Origin: Cenarchaeum sp.
Lineage (GTDB): Archaea; Thermoproteota; Nitrososphaeria; Nitrososphaerales; Nitrosopumilaceae
Direction of reading: 5' to 3'
DNA: 64,000 nucleotides
Assembly (NCBI GenBank): GCA_963693095.2
Contig: OY843768.1
Span: 1,856,001 to 1,920,000, forward strand
The notes under the pieces were generated by a model. It was not told where the DNA came from. It saw only the letters and a program-made list of their open reading frames with translations, and ran no database searches. The translations under genes and the position numbers were made by a program. Below are positions 1 to 9,836 of this stretch, one piece after another; the stretch's first letter is position 1; the number at the start of each line of letters is the position of its first letter.

Positions 1-93
1 GCGCGAGGTCTTGACCGTGCAGGGACACGCAGGGTTCGCGTGGCGCATGGCTCTGCTTAAAGCGTTATATGCGGTATATGCCATAGCGGTGCC

Positions 94-705
94 ATGAACG
101 CTGCGATACAGGCGCTTGAGACAAAGAGCCCGCTAACATGGGGTGAGCTCTATGACAGCATGGGCGTCACGCACGGCGACGAGGCAGCATTTTCTATAAT
201 ATGCGACTCTGTGCATAACGGTCACATCGAGATAAAGTACGATGGGCGCCTCATGCTACCAGTCCCCGAGTCCGAGCGCGAGGAGAACCCACTTGTCGCC
301 ATGCTCAAAAAGGAGAGCCCGCTGACCCGCGAAGAGGTCGCGCGACGCATGGGTCTATCGCCGAACAGCACGCGCTTTAACACCATAGTGAACATGACGC
401 TATACTCTACAGAGCCTGTCCACGAGGACGAGTACAAGAGACTTTGCACCGTAACGCCAATACCCGAGTCCGAGCGCTCCACTCCGTGGGAGATGGAGGG
501 CGTAAAGGCACTGTCCCGGGGACGCGAGCTTGGTGTGGTTAAGCAAGACAATGATGGCGTGTTGGCATTCACGAACCTCAAAGATTCTGGCCTTCTCTCT
601 GATCGCGAGCTGCGAGCAGCCGAGGATTACATGAGAGACGTAAACGACTACAAGTGTGTGGAATCTGGCAAGGCTAAGCTACGTACCGGGACTGGCGCAG
701 AGTAA
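94..705 (+). CDS. hypothetical protein with tandem winged-helix-like repeats (copy 1)
   Basis: Internal repeats 'KSPLTWGEL..MG' / 'ESPLTREEV..MG', each ending in 'PESER'; paralog follows at a 716-bp period; TATA-like cttaaag/ttatat upstream. Confidence 0.7.
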   Translation: MNAAIQALETKSPLTWGELYDSMGVTHGDEAAFSIICDSVHNGHIEIKYDGRLMLPVPESEREENPLVAMLKKESPLTREEVARRMGLSPNSTRFNTIVNMTLYSTEPVHEDEYKRLCTVTPIPESERSTPWEMEGVKALSRGRELGVVKQDNDGVLAFTNLKDSGLLSDRELRAAEDYMRDVNDYKCVESGKAKLRTGTGAE

Positions 706-809
706 GTCTGCTCGTGAGCTGTGCACTCCAGTTGTGGCATATGGTGCCTGAACCGCTCCAAGATGACCCTGCTTAAAGCGTTATATGCGGTATATGCCAT
801 AGCGGTGCC

Positions 810-1421
810 ATGAACGCTGCGATACAGGCGCTTGAGACAAAGAGCCCACTGACATGGGATGAGCTCTATGACAGCATGGGCGTCACGTACGGTGACGAGA
901 AGGCACTCTCCATAATATGCGACTCTGTGTATAACGGCCACATCGAGATAAAGTACGACGGGCGCCTCATGCTACCAGTCCCCGAGTCCGAGCGCGAGGA
1001 GAACCCACTTGTCGCCATGCTCAAAAAGGAGAGCCCGCTGACTCGCGAGGAGGCCGCGCGACGCATGGGTCTATCGCCGAACAGCAACAAGTTTCTGACG
1101 ATCTTTGACAACACGGTATACTCTAAAGAGCCGGTTCACCTTGATGACTATGGCTGGCTCTGCGTACTCGAAGAGATCCCCGAGTCCGAGCGCCCTACCC
1201 AGTGGGACCTTGAGGGCACCATGGCACTGTCTAGGGCACGCAAACTCGGCATGATCAAGCGTGGTGATGACGGCATGCTGGCATTCACCGACCCAGGTGA
1301 TCGCGGACTCCTCTCCGAGCGCGAGCTGCGCGCAGCAAAAGACAGCCTAGACTCGGCCAATGACTATGCGCGCACGCATCCTGAAATGTTCAGGACTCAT
1401 GAGCGCACGGTCACGGCGTGA
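810..1421 (+). CDS. hypothetical protein with tandem winged-helix-like repeats (copy 2)
   Basis: Same length (203 aa) and near-identical upstream region and N-terminal half as 94..705. Confidence 0.7.
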   Translation: MNAAIQALETKSPLTWDELYDSMGVTYGDEKALSIICDSVYNGHIEIKYDGRLMLPVPESEREENPLVAMLKKESPLTREEAARRMGLSPNSNKFLTIFDNTVYSKEPVHLDDYGWLCVLEEIPESERPTQWDLEGTMALSRARKLGMIKRGDDGMLAFTDPGDRGLLSERELRAAKDSLDSANDYARTHPEMFRTHERTVTA

Positions 1422-1507
1422 TTCTGACAATACGTGGCACGCGCCAATTACGGCGCACAGCTAGACACCTGTCACTTGAAAACTGGTTGCGGCTATTGTG
1501 CTGGGCG

Positions 1508-2104
1508 CTATTGCGCAATCTCGGCCTTTGCGTGGCGGTCGAGTATCGAGTTGAGGACCATCGAGACAGGCGCATTGCCCATCTTTTTCTTTTCGGCGAG
1601 GAGCCTTTGGTACGCGTCTAGCGTAATGTACACCGGTATCGAGCCATTGCCCTCTAGGAGGCCGCGAACCTTGTAGAGTGCCGTCTCCATGCCGCGCTCG
1701 GCAGACTTTGCAAACTTTGCCTTGTCGAGTATGCTCCCTAGGGGCCCGAACGGCATGTCATAGTCAACTGTCATTGTGACGCGCGAGCGATCCTCGCCGA
1801 GTGCCTCAAACTCGGTCTTTATCTCCCATTTCTTGAACGGACCCTCTATCTGGCGGGCCGATATGCGCTCCTCGCGCTCAAACTCGGTCGTCTCGCAGTC
1901 CCACTCTAGGCGCTTGCCGCCAAAGTCGCCGATAATCCTAAAGGTCGTGCCGACTCCCATGCCCTCCTTGATGTCCATGGGAATGACTGTCATGCCGACG
2001 CCCTTGTCAGTCATCTGGTCAGAGACGTGCTCGGGGCGCGCAAAGTACGTAAAGACCGTGCTTACGGGCACCTTTACCTCGATCGCGCGAGACACCGTGG
2101 CCAA
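1508..2104 (-). CDS. SRPBCC (START/polyketide cyclase-like) domain protein
   Basis: 'IEVKVPVSTVFTYF...W..E.TEF....RIS..Q.EGPFK.W' SRPBCC pattern. Confidence 0.8.
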   Translation of the reverse strand: MATVSRAIEVKVPVSTVFTYFARPEHVSDQMTDKGVGMTVIPMDIKEGMGVGTTFRIIGDFGGKRLEWDCETTEFEREERISARQIEGPFKKWEIKTEFEALGEDRSRVTMTVDYDMPFGPLGSILDKAKFAKSAERGMETALYKVRGLLEGNGSIPVYITLDAYQRLLAEKKKMGNAPVSMVLNSILDRHAKAEIAQ

Positions 2105-2225
2105 CGGTCACACGCGCCGAATATAGCGGATTTAAAGGTATGGGGAGATCGCAGCGAGCACGCGTCCTCACGCACACTCGTGCTAAACTATTAAATACTA
2201 AACGGCGCGCGCGTGCGCATTAGGG

Positions 2226-2483
2226 ATGACACACCGTGCCCTCTCGCTGATCGCCCTTGCGCTGGTCCTATCGATTCCCGTCCTGCCTGTCATGGCGGCC
2301 ACTGAGCCCGGCGAGTACCTTGACCGCAGGGCCGAGATATGGAACCTCTTCTTTCGCATGATGACAGTCGCCTTTACGATAGGGACAGTCGTCTCGGGAA
2401 CCATAGTCTGGCTCTGCCTGCGGTTCCGCGAGTCAAACCCCAAGGCGACGCCCACAAAGTACGAGGAGGCCGGCGAGTGGTGA
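2226..2483 (+). CDS. small membrane protein resembling the N-terminal part (signal + first TM) of heme-copper oxidase subunit II
   Basis: Signal peptide plus TM ending in 'RFRES'; stop overlaps the coxB start (GTGA at 2480-2483). Confidence 0.7.
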   Translation: MTHRALSLIALALVLSIPVLPVMAATEPGEYLDRRAEIWNLFFRMMTVAFTIGTVVSGTIVWLCLRFRESNPKATPTKYEEAGEW

Positions 2484-2908
2484 GCGGCCACTCGAACATG
2501 CCAGAATGGGTCTATATCGGCGTCGTAGTCGCGCTCCTCTGCTGGGTTGGGGCCGAGGCATGGAACGTCGAGAGGCTCGTAGAGCACATACCCGAGGATG
2601 CCAAGCTCATAAAGGTGACCGGCCAGCAGTGGTTCTGGACATTCGAGCACGAGGACGGCACAAAGGAGATAGGCGAGCTCCACGTCGAGGTCGGCAAGGC
2701 GTACAGGTTTGAGATCACCTCAAAGGACGTCATACACTCGTTCAACATACACGACTATGTCGTGCTACTTGACGCGGTCCCCGGCAGGGTCAACACGGTC
2801 TGGTTTGCTCCGACAGAGGTCGGCGAGCATGACATACAGTGCCGCGAGTATTGCGGGCTCATACACTATAACATGAGGGGCACGCTCATAGTCGAGGAGG
2901 CCGCCTAG
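2480..2908 (+). CDS. coxB: heme-copper oxidase subunit II, CuA domain
   Basis: 'VTGQQWFWTF', 'DVIHSF' and CuA motif 'CREYCGLIHYNM'; GTG start at 2480 chosen from the overlap. Confidence 0.95.
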   Translation: MSGHSNMPEWVYIGVVVALLCWVGAEAWNVERLVEHIPEDAKLIKVTGQQWFWTFEHEDGTKEIGELHVEVGKAYRFEITSKDVIHSFNIHDYVVLLDAVPGRVNTVWFAPTEVGEHDIQCREYCGLIHYNMRGTLIVEEAA

Positions 2909-2909
2909 C

Positions 2910-4439
2910 ATGGTCATGGAGCTTGCGCGCCCGCGCCCCATATGGCAGATAATGTTCTCGACGCACCACACTGATGTCGGCCTCCTCTACCTCATCACGT
3001 CGCTCGCGTTCATGTTCATGGGCGGCGCGCTCGCGCTCTCGATCAGGGCAGAGCTCTTCTTCCCCGGCGCGCAGATAATCACCGATGCGATGACGTTCAA
3101 CCGCATATTCACGGTTCACGGAACGACTCTCATATTCCTCTTTATCCTGCCGTTTGCGTCTGCTGTGGGCAACTATTTCGTGCCCATAATGGTCCGCTAC
3201 AAGGACATGGCATACCCAAAGCTCAACGCGATCGCCTTTTGGATGATACCGCCCGCCGGCGCGCTCATATGGCTCGGCTTTGCGGACTTTACGTGGTATG
3301 CGACTCCACCCTACTCGGTCATCAGCGCGCCCGGACCGGCCGCTGACATGTGGATATTTGGCCTAAAGATACTCGGCATATCATCGATACTCGGCGCGAT
3401 CAACTTTATCGTCACGATACTAAAGTGCAAGCATCCGGACATGCCGATATCCAAGGTTCCTCTCCTTGCGTGGTCATTTCTCTCCTCATCACTCATCATA
3501 CTCGTCGCGCTCCCGACGTTTGCGGCCGCACTCATCATGCTCCTGACTGACCGCCTCGGCGTGTCAGGCTTCTTCAACCCTGCTGTCGGCGGCGACCCGA
3601 TAGCGTATGCGCACCTGTTCTGGTTCACGTTCCACCCCGAGGTCTATGTCCTGGTCATTCCGGCCATTGGCATGATGTACGAGATCATTCCGCGCTTTTC
3701 GCGCAAGCCGATATTCAGCGCATCCTCGGGCATTGCGGCCTTTGTCCTCCTCGCCATCGTCAGCTTTGCGTCATGGGCGCACCACATGTACGCAACGGGC
3801 ATGTCATTTACCGAAAAGACCGTCTTTATGGTCGGCACGCTCGCAGCAGTTCCCGCATCGGCGATGCACGTGTTTAACTTTTTGGCGACAATGTGGGGAG
3901 GGCGAATCCGGTTTGCGACGCCCATGCTCTGGGCAATCGGTGGAATCGCGCTCTTTTTCTCGGCTGGCGCCGGCGGCGTCGTCAACAGCGCAATGCCGCT
4001 GGACTTTGTCACGCACGACTCGTACTGGGTCGTCGGGCACTTCCACCTGTTCGTCATGGGAACCATCCTCTTTGGGTCAGTGGGCTATCTCTACTATATG
4101 TTCCCGTACGTGACGGGCAGAATGTACAGCGAGCGCCTCGGCAACGTCCACTTTGTGCTCGCGTTCATCGGGACAGTCATGGTCTTTTTCACGCAGCACG
4201 TCCTTGGCCTCTTTGGCATGCCGCGCCGCGTCTATGACTATCCGCCGATACCAGAGTGGATCGCGATGAACCAGATAGCGTCAGTCGGCGCGATGATCAT
4301 CGGCGTCTCGATGGTCATATTCCTGGCAAACATGATCCACAGCAGCGCAAAGGGCCGGCCCGCTGACATGGACGACCCATGGGGCCTTGGCGCAAAATAC
4401 TATTACCCATATGAGCGAAAAAACCCCCACCACGAGTGA
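2910..4439 (+). CDS. coxA: heme-copper oxidase subunit I
   Basis: 'HLFWFTFHPEVY', 'WAHHM', 'GHFH', 'GMPRR' motifs; many TM helices. Confidence 0.98.
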   Translation: MVMELARPRPIWQIMFSTHHTDVGLLYLITSLAFMFMGGALALSIRAELFFPGAQIITDAMTFNRIFTVHGTTLIFLFILPFASAVGNYFVPIMVRYKDMAYPKLNAIAFWMIPPAGALIWLGFADFTWYATPPYSVISAPGPAADMWIFGLKILGISSILGAINFIVTILKCKHPDMPISKVPLLAWSFLSSSLIILVALPTFAAALIMLLTDRLGVSGFFNPAVGGDPIAYAHLFWFTFHPEVYVLVIPAIGMMYEIIPRFSRKPIFSASSGIAAFVLLAIVSFASWAHHMYATGMSFTEKTVFMVGTLAAVPASAMHVFNFLATMWGGRIRFATPMLWAIGGIALFFSAGAGGVVNSAMPLDFVTHDSYWVVGHFHLFVMGTILFGSVGYLYYMFPYVTGRMYSERLGNVHFVLAFIGTVMVFFTQHVLGLFGMPRRVYDYPPIPEWIAMNQIASVGAMIIGVSMVIFLANMIHSSAKGRPADMDDPWGLGAKYYYPYERKNPHHE

Positions 4440-4446
4440 TGAAGAG

Positions 4447-5397
4447 TTGAGCCAGAGACCACCCATATACAGGACATCGCCGACAAGAATGGCGCGCATG
4501 ATGGTCATCATGCTCGGCATCTGCATTGCAGGCGGCGGCATATTCTTTGGCATGTGGGACTATTGGATATCAATGCCCGCGCCAGTAGTCGCGCAACAGT
4601 CCGGCGGGACTCCGGCCCCTGCGCCACCTGCGGCGACTGGCAAGAGCATCCCCGTGGACCTTGACTTTGTAGAGTCAGACGACTTTAGGACGCTTGGATT
4701 CAACGGGCTGCCCGGTGAGGAGGGCGCAAACCCGACGATCGAGGCCGCAGTCGGCGATCGCATCGTCTTTGAGGTCGAGAACATCGGCAAGTCGTTCCAC
4801 TCCTTTGGCGTGACGGCCGACGAGGAGGGCTATGTCGGAATCATAGCCGGAAGCGAGGTCGCCGCGCCGACAAACCCGCTAAAGCCCGGCGAGGGCGGTG
4901 ACTCGCAGTTTGTCCCGACCGAGGAGGGCACGTACTATTACATCTGCACCGTGCCCGGCCACCGCGAGCAGGGCATGGTCGGCGAGATCATCGTCGGGCC
5001 CAAAGTCGAGCAAGAGCCGGCACCGCCCCGTGAGACGCGCTCACACGAGTTTGACTTTGACTTTGTAGAGTCAGACGACTTTAGGACGCTTGGATTCAAC
5101 GGGCTGCCCGGTGAGGAGGGCGCAAACCCCGAGATCAGGGTCGGCTCGGGCGACACGGTCACGGTTCGCGCAACGAACGTCGGCGCGTCGTTCCACTCGT
5201 TTGGCGTGGTCACGGATCCCGAGGACTTTAACAGCATTGTGTGGGATTCAGAGATCGCCTCGGCCATTGCGCCGCTTCGCGGAGGCGAGTCCGGAGACGT
5301 GACCTTTATCGCCGGAGCACCCGGCGAGTACCATTACATCTGCACGGTTCCGGGCCATGCGCTGCAGGGCATGCAGGGCAAGTTTATCGTGGAGTGA
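4447..5397 (+). CDS. membrane-anchored protein with two blue-copper (cupredoxin) domains
   Basis: N-terminal TM; two 'HSF...Y.C.VPGH..QGM' type-1 Cu sites; TTG start at 4447 is an estimate. Confidence 0.9.
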   Translation: MSQRPPIYRTSPTRMARMMVIMLGICIAGGGIFFGMWDYWISMPAPVVAQQSGGTPAPAPPAATGKSIPVDLDFVESDDFRTLGFNGLPGEEGANPTIEAAVGDRIVFEVENIGKSFHSFGVTADEEGYVGIIAGSEVAAPTNPLKPGEGGDSQFVPTEEGTYYYICTVPGHREQGMVGEIIVGPKVEQEPAPPRETRSHEFDFDFVESDDFRTLGFNGLPGEEGANPEIRVGSGDTVTVRATNVGASFHSFGVVTDPEDFNSIVWDSEIASAIAPLRGGESGDVTFIAGAPGEYHYICTVPGHALQGMQGKFIVE

Positions 5398-5406
5398 CTG
5401 GTATAC

Positions 5407-5859
5407 ATGCTCGTGCGCTATCTCGCATGCGCGTCACTGGGAATCCTGTACATACTCATGGTCATCGGGGGCTATGTGTCTGCTGCTGGCCTTGGACTGA
5501 CTTGCCCTGACTGGCCCCTCTGCCCGAGCGGCCTGCTGCCGACTGAGCAGTACCTCGTCGAGTGGATTCACAGGGTCATCGCGATGATCACCGGCGCGCT
5601 AGTCATCGCGACCATGGTCTCATGCTGGAAGTCACGCGAGCATGTCGGGCGCGCGACGATAACGAGCACGGCGGCAACGGTCTTTGTAATCACGCAGATA
5701 ACGCTCGGCGCGCTAGTCATTGACCAAAAGCTCCATGCGATACTCGTCACGGTCCACTTTGGAATAGGCATACTCCTCTTTGCGTCAGTTCTCCTCACGG
5801 TTCTTCTTGCGTTTGGCCTGGCGCGCCGGCGCCCCGCTAGTCTTCACGCCGACGCCTGA
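5407..5859 (+). CDS. ctaA: heme A synthase (COX15/CtaA, short form)
   Basis: 'GLTCPDWPLC', 'EWIHR', 'VH' motifs; adjacent to cox genes. Confidence 0.9.
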   Translation: MLVRYLACASLGILYILMVIGGYVSAAGLGLTCPDWPLCPSGLLPTEQYLVEWIHRVIAMITGALVIATMVSCWKSREHVGRATITSTAATVFVITQITLGALVIDQKLHAILVTVHFGIGILLFASVLLTVLLAFGLARRRPASLHADA

Positions 5860-6373
5860 TGATTCCGGGCAGATAGATGTACCCGATAACCATGGCAAAT
5901 ATCGACGCGCCGATCGTAATGCTCACGATGAACACATAGCCAAACGGGCTCTGCGTGCTGATGTTGAACGTGTATGTCGTTATCTCGTTCTGCGCGCCCT
6001 CTAGGTTGTAGAGGTCGACGTACATGATGTGGTTGCCCTGCGTCTCAAAGGCGAACTCTAGTATGTGGTGGGCTCCCTCGATGACGCGCGGCCCGTCAGT
6101 GTAGACCTCGGCCTCGCCCTGCGTTATGCGAACGCGCATGATGACGCCGGGAAGCTCCTCATAGTCCTCGTCAGTCACGCGAAAGAGGACCTGTGAGGGC
6201 TCGCCTATCTGAGGAAACTCGGGAAGCGTGGAGACTTGCACGCGATGGCCTGCGATGGACTGCTCGGATGAGTTAAAGAGCGAGTGAGCGGCGGCCTCGG
6301 GCGCGGCCACGGCAATAATGGCCATGGCGGCGACTAGGACCACGATGGCAGCAGTCGGCATTAGCGCTCCCAA
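5837..6373 (-). CDS. secreted/membrane-anchored hypothetical protein
   Basis: Signal peptide ending 'AAAH', beta-rich body, C-terminal TM plus RRRR. Confidence 0.75.
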   Translation of the reverse strand: MGALMPTAAIVVLVAAMAIIAVAAPEAAAHSLFNSSEQSIAGHRVQVSTLPEFPQIGEPSQVLFRVTDEDYEELPGVIMRVRITQGEAEVYTDGPRVIEGAHHILEFAFETQGNHIMYVDLYNLEGAQNEITTYTFNISTQSPFGYVFIVSITIGASIFAMVIGYIYLPGIIRRRRED

Positions 6374-6515
6374 TTCAGGCGATGCGCGCCGGTCCGGCTA
6401 TATTGGGATTGCGCGTCGGCGCACTATTGCTGCGCCAATATATTTATGCGCGCCATGCGCCATGGCGCCCCATGAGGGCCATGACAGGGCATGCGGCGCG
6501 CAGGGGTGCGGCTCC

Positions 6516-7397
6516 ATGATGCTCAACTATGACTATCCGCTATACAGGCCGCCCTCGGAGGCCAACTCGCTCATCATACAGGCGACGCTGGGCTGCTCGT
6601 ACAATGAGTGCTCGTTTTGCGACATGTACCGCTCAAAGGAATACTCTGAGAGGCCCTGGGAGCAGGTTCGCGCCGAGATCGACATGATGGCCGACTCGCA
6701 TCCCGAGACGCGCCGCGTCTTTATCGCCGACGGCGATGCGCTAAACCTGGACACGCCATACCTCGAAAAGATAGTGCGCCACATCCGCTCGAGATTTCCC
6801 GCACTGGAGCGCATCGCGTGCTATGCGATGCCCATGAACGTCCTCAAAAAGACGCCGGCCGAGCTCGAGTCACTCCGCGCCGCCGGACTCGGAATGCTAT
6901 ACCTTGGAATAGAGAGCGGATCAGACACGGTCCTGAGGCGCGTCACAAAGGGCGCGCTGGCATCTACGATAATACGCGCGTGCAAAAAGGCAAAGTCTGC
7001 CGGATACACGCTCTCGTGCATGGTCATACTCGGCCTCGGCGGCCGCATGCACACAGCCGAGCATGCGCGCGAGACGGCGCGCGTGCTCTCCGAGTCCTCG
7101 CCAGACTATGTCGGCGTGCTCACGCTCTATCTTGAGAACGGGATTCGCGACGAGTTTCTCTCAAAGTATGACGGGACATTTGAGGCCCTCAACGACGAGG
7201 AGGCACTCGACGAGCTCGAGATGCTCGTCTCAGGACTCGACATGCACGACAGCGTCACGTTCAGGGCAACGCACGGATCCAACGCGTACAATGTCGGCGG
7301 GACGCTTCCGGATGACAAGGCGGCGATACTCCAGAGCATATCTACGATGAGGGGACGGCCCGAGGCCATTAGGCCAAAGGGACTGCGCGGATTTTAG
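6516..7397 (+). CDS. radical SAM protein
   Basis: CxxxCxxC 'CSYNECSFC', 'YRPPSEA', 'YLGIESG'. Confidence 0.92.
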   Translation: MMLNYDYPLYRPPSEANSLIIQATLGCSYNECSFCDMYRSKEYSERPWEQVRAEIDMMADSHPETRRVFIADGDALNLDTPYLEKIVRHIRSRFPALERIACYAMPMNVLKKTPAELESLRAAGLGMLYLGIESGSDTVLRRVTKGALASTIIRACKKAKSAGYTLSCMVILGLGGRMHTAEHARETARVLSESSPDYVGVLTLYLENGIRDEFLSKYDGTFEALNDEEALDELEMLVSGLDMHDSVTFRATHGSNAYNVGGTLPDDKAAILQSISTMRGRPEAIRPKGLRGF

Positions 7398-7819
7398 GCG
7401 CGCAGCGCGCCGTCCACATGGACGACCTTGAAGACCGTGACGTCATATGCGCCATCGAGGGCGCGCACCGCAACGCCGTCATCAACGCTAAGGGCGCGCA
7501 TGCGATACTCGTAGGTTCCGTCCTCGGAGAGATCGACTTGCGCAAAGCGCACGGGCTCGCCCCCATTGGCGTGTATCTGTATGATGACCGGATAGCCGTC
7601 AACTGGATTGTCGACCTTGCCCTCGACGAATGCCCACGGGAGCGTGTTAGTAGACGGCACGACGAGCCTTAGCTCTGTCCTCTCCATGGCGATTCCGTCC
7701 CCTAGCGGCACGTACGTCGTCGTGTCTGCGTTCGTGTATGCCGCAGCGCCGCTGACGTGCGCGGCAGACACGCAGGCTGCGGCGACTAGCAGGGCCACGA
7801 GTGCGGGGATGCGCGTCAT
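7394..7819 (-). CDS. secreted hypothetical protein
   Basis: Signal peptide; Ig-like beta pattern; 4-bp overlap with neighbours. Confidence 0.7.
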   Translation of the reverse strand: MTRIPALVALLVAAACVSAAHVSGAAAYTNADTTTYVPLGDGIAMERTELRLVVPSTNTLPWAFVEGKVDNPVDGYPVIIQIHANGGEPVRFAQVDLSEDGTYEYRMRALSVDDGVAVRALDGAYDVTVFKVVHVDGALRA

Positions 7820-8022
7820 GTCCAGGCCTCTGCGTCCTTTTTCCAGACGCGCCTTCCGTCTATTGTAACCTGGTCACTCTCCTCGAGAACCGTGTGCCAC
7901 CGCCCGTTGCTCGGGAATATGCTGTTCATCTCGGCGAGGCGGCCCTGCGTCGGCCTCACGTTGGTGAGCGCACCCCACTTCATGTTGGGGATGCGGGGCA
8001 TGATGTCATTGATGTCCCTCAT
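7816..8022 (-). CDS. small conserved hypothetical protein
   Basis: 'MRDINDIMPRIPNMKWGALTN...' fits between co-oriented genes; start trimmed to ATG at 8022. Confidence 0.65.
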   Translation of the reverse strand: MRDINDIMPRIPNMKWGALTNVRPTQGRLAEMNSIFPSNGRWHTVLEESDQVTIDGRRVWKKDAEAWT

Positions 8023-8033
8023 GGCACAATCGA

Positions 8034-9692
8034 CTACCCTACGGCTATTATACCTTTTTGAATCAAGAACTCTAGACCATTCACAAAGTCGTCGTCTCCC
8101 ACGAGGCCCTCTGCCCACCACCGCGCAGTCTCCTTTACCCACGACGGGATGGTCGCCGCGCCGGCCCCGCCCTCGCGCTCGGCGCTAGCCGAGATTACGC
8201 CGTTCTCGATGAGGTATGCGATACCAGAGGCAAATGTCGCATCATCAATGTCGCCGTCGGCCCACCAGAGCGCGTTGCTGCGTATCCAGTCAGGGACCGC
8301 CTGTGGTGCTGCCCCGCCGAGCTCTATTATGCCCGAGCCGATTCCGGCGTACGCGGGGTCAAAGTCAAGGCCGACGGTTCCCTGTCCGTAGAGGAGGAGG
8401 TCGAGCCTGTACGTGCCGGCGCCGGGAAAGTCAACCTCGACAATGTCGATTCCCTCAGACGCAAACGCGCCGGGGCTCTGGCCCATGGCCGCCTCGCCGA
8501 GGTTGCGCACAAGCTCTGTGCCGGCCACGTGGTCTGCGAGTATGTGGCCGTATCGCGCGTTCTTTAGCAGGTTGCCGGACTCGTCAAAGAATGCGATCTC
8601 GAGCGGGACTGCGCCAGTGGACGCGCGCGCATCCCAGGAGACGCTGACTGTTGCGCCGACTCGCTCATCTGTGTCATCGGGGTTTACCAGAAAGAACTCT
8701 GTCGAGTTTTGGTCGACATTGTCCTCGGGGACGAGCTCAAAGGTCATCATGCCGCTCTGCTCGTGCTCGGCTCCGAGCTCGGCGTTTATGCGCTGGAGCT
8801 CGGCAGTCGTGACGAGAAAGTGTATGACGTTGCGGTCCTCGTACGTGTATGGGTCGACTAGGAGGACGCGCTTGTCGAGCCTGACGCCGTCGACATAGCC
8901 GGCGTATGTCCTGTCAGGCGCGTACGTCGTGAACGACTTTGGGACCTGGATCTCCTCGTGGACTATCTGGACCAGATCGACATACTCGGGACTCCAGTCA
9001 AATGGCATGTCAAAGGAGAGGGACTCGCGCTTTTCATCATAGCGTATGTTGGAGACCTCGTCATAGTATGTCTTTATCGCGGCCGGAACCTCGGCGTGCG
9101 CGGTTCTTATCGTGAACGGCTGCACGTCAGCCACGCTGACGAACGTGTCATAGTTGAGCATCTCAGTTAGGATCGTCCTTGCGCTAGTCGCGCCGGCTAT
9201 GCCGACCTTTACGTTATAGAGGCCGCCGCGGTCAAATATGGGCCCCTGTATGACGACGTTGCTCTGGCCCTGCGCATAGAGCGCGCCGGGTGCCGTGGGG
9301 TGCTCGCTGCCAAAGTATCGCGTGCATTTCCAGAGGAGCGGCTCGGCGCAGCCCTCCCTTGGGCGCAGCGTCACGTCGAGCTTGCCGTCGGTGTCAAAAA
9401 AGAGGTTTCTGGCAATGAGGTCATCTCCGCGCCATATCTCGATCTTGTACGTGACGTCGCCAAAGTCCTCACTCGTGCCAACGTCATAGAACCTGACTGC
9501 CATCGAGGCCTCGGTTATATCCTGCGCCGTGAGGTCTGACGGCGTGAGCTGCGTGCTCACCGTGACGTCACGGCCCCCGAGGTCCAGCGGCGGGGCGACA
9601 TCGCCCCCTAGGCCATGGCCAAACGAGTCTGACATGGCAGGCACTGCGGCGAGGATCGCCGCTACTGCCGCAAGGGCTGCCCATGTCTTCAT
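8034..9692 (-). CDS. secreted thaumarchaeal surface protein with C-terminal 'P.WI...A.WWA.G.I.D..F' repeats
   Basis: Signal peptide; two copies of the 'VPDWIRSNALWWADG' / 'IPSWVKETARWWAEG' motif. Confidence 0.85.
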   Translation of the reverse strand: MKTWAALAAVAAILAAVPAMSDSFGHGLGGDVAPPLDLGGRDVTVSTQLTPSDLTAQDITEASMAVRFYDVGTSEDFGDVTYKIEIWRGDDLIARNLFFDTDGKLDVTLRPREGCAEPLLWKCTRYFGSEHPTAPGALYAQGQSNVVIQGPIFDRGGLYNVKVGIAGATSARTILTEMLNYDTFVSVADVQPFTIRTAHAEVPAAIKTYYDEVSNIRYDEKRESLSFDMPFDWSPEYVDLVQIVHEEIQVPKSFTTYAPDRTYAGYVDGVRLDKRVLLVDPYTYEDRNVIHFLVTTAELQRINAELGAEHEQSGMMTFELVPEDNVDQNSTEFFLVNPDDTDERVGATVSVSWDARASTGAVPLEIAFFDESGNLLKNARYGHILADHVAGTELVRNLGEAAMGQSPGAFASEGIDIVEVDFPGAGTYRLDLLLYGQGTVGLDFDPAYAGIGSGIIELGGAAPQAVPDWIRSNALWWADGDIDDATFASGIAYLIENGVISASAEREGGAGAATIPSWVKETARWWAEGLVGDDDFVNGLEFLIQKGIIAVG

Positions 9693-9836
9693 GCGTTGAA
9701 GGAGACCATTTTTCCTTATTAACCATGGCATTGGGCCACGCGTGGGATCAGGGATCTCCCCAGTGTTTGCGAACAGCCGTCCCTGTTGGGCGTGAGCCTC
9801 TAGCTAGTGTCTCTCTGGGTCGTTGCCATGCCCGCC

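Noticed and set aside
94-1421. Diversity-generating retroelement template/variable repeat pair
   Set aside because: Differences are not confined to adenines, both copies are full genes, and no reverse transcriptase is present
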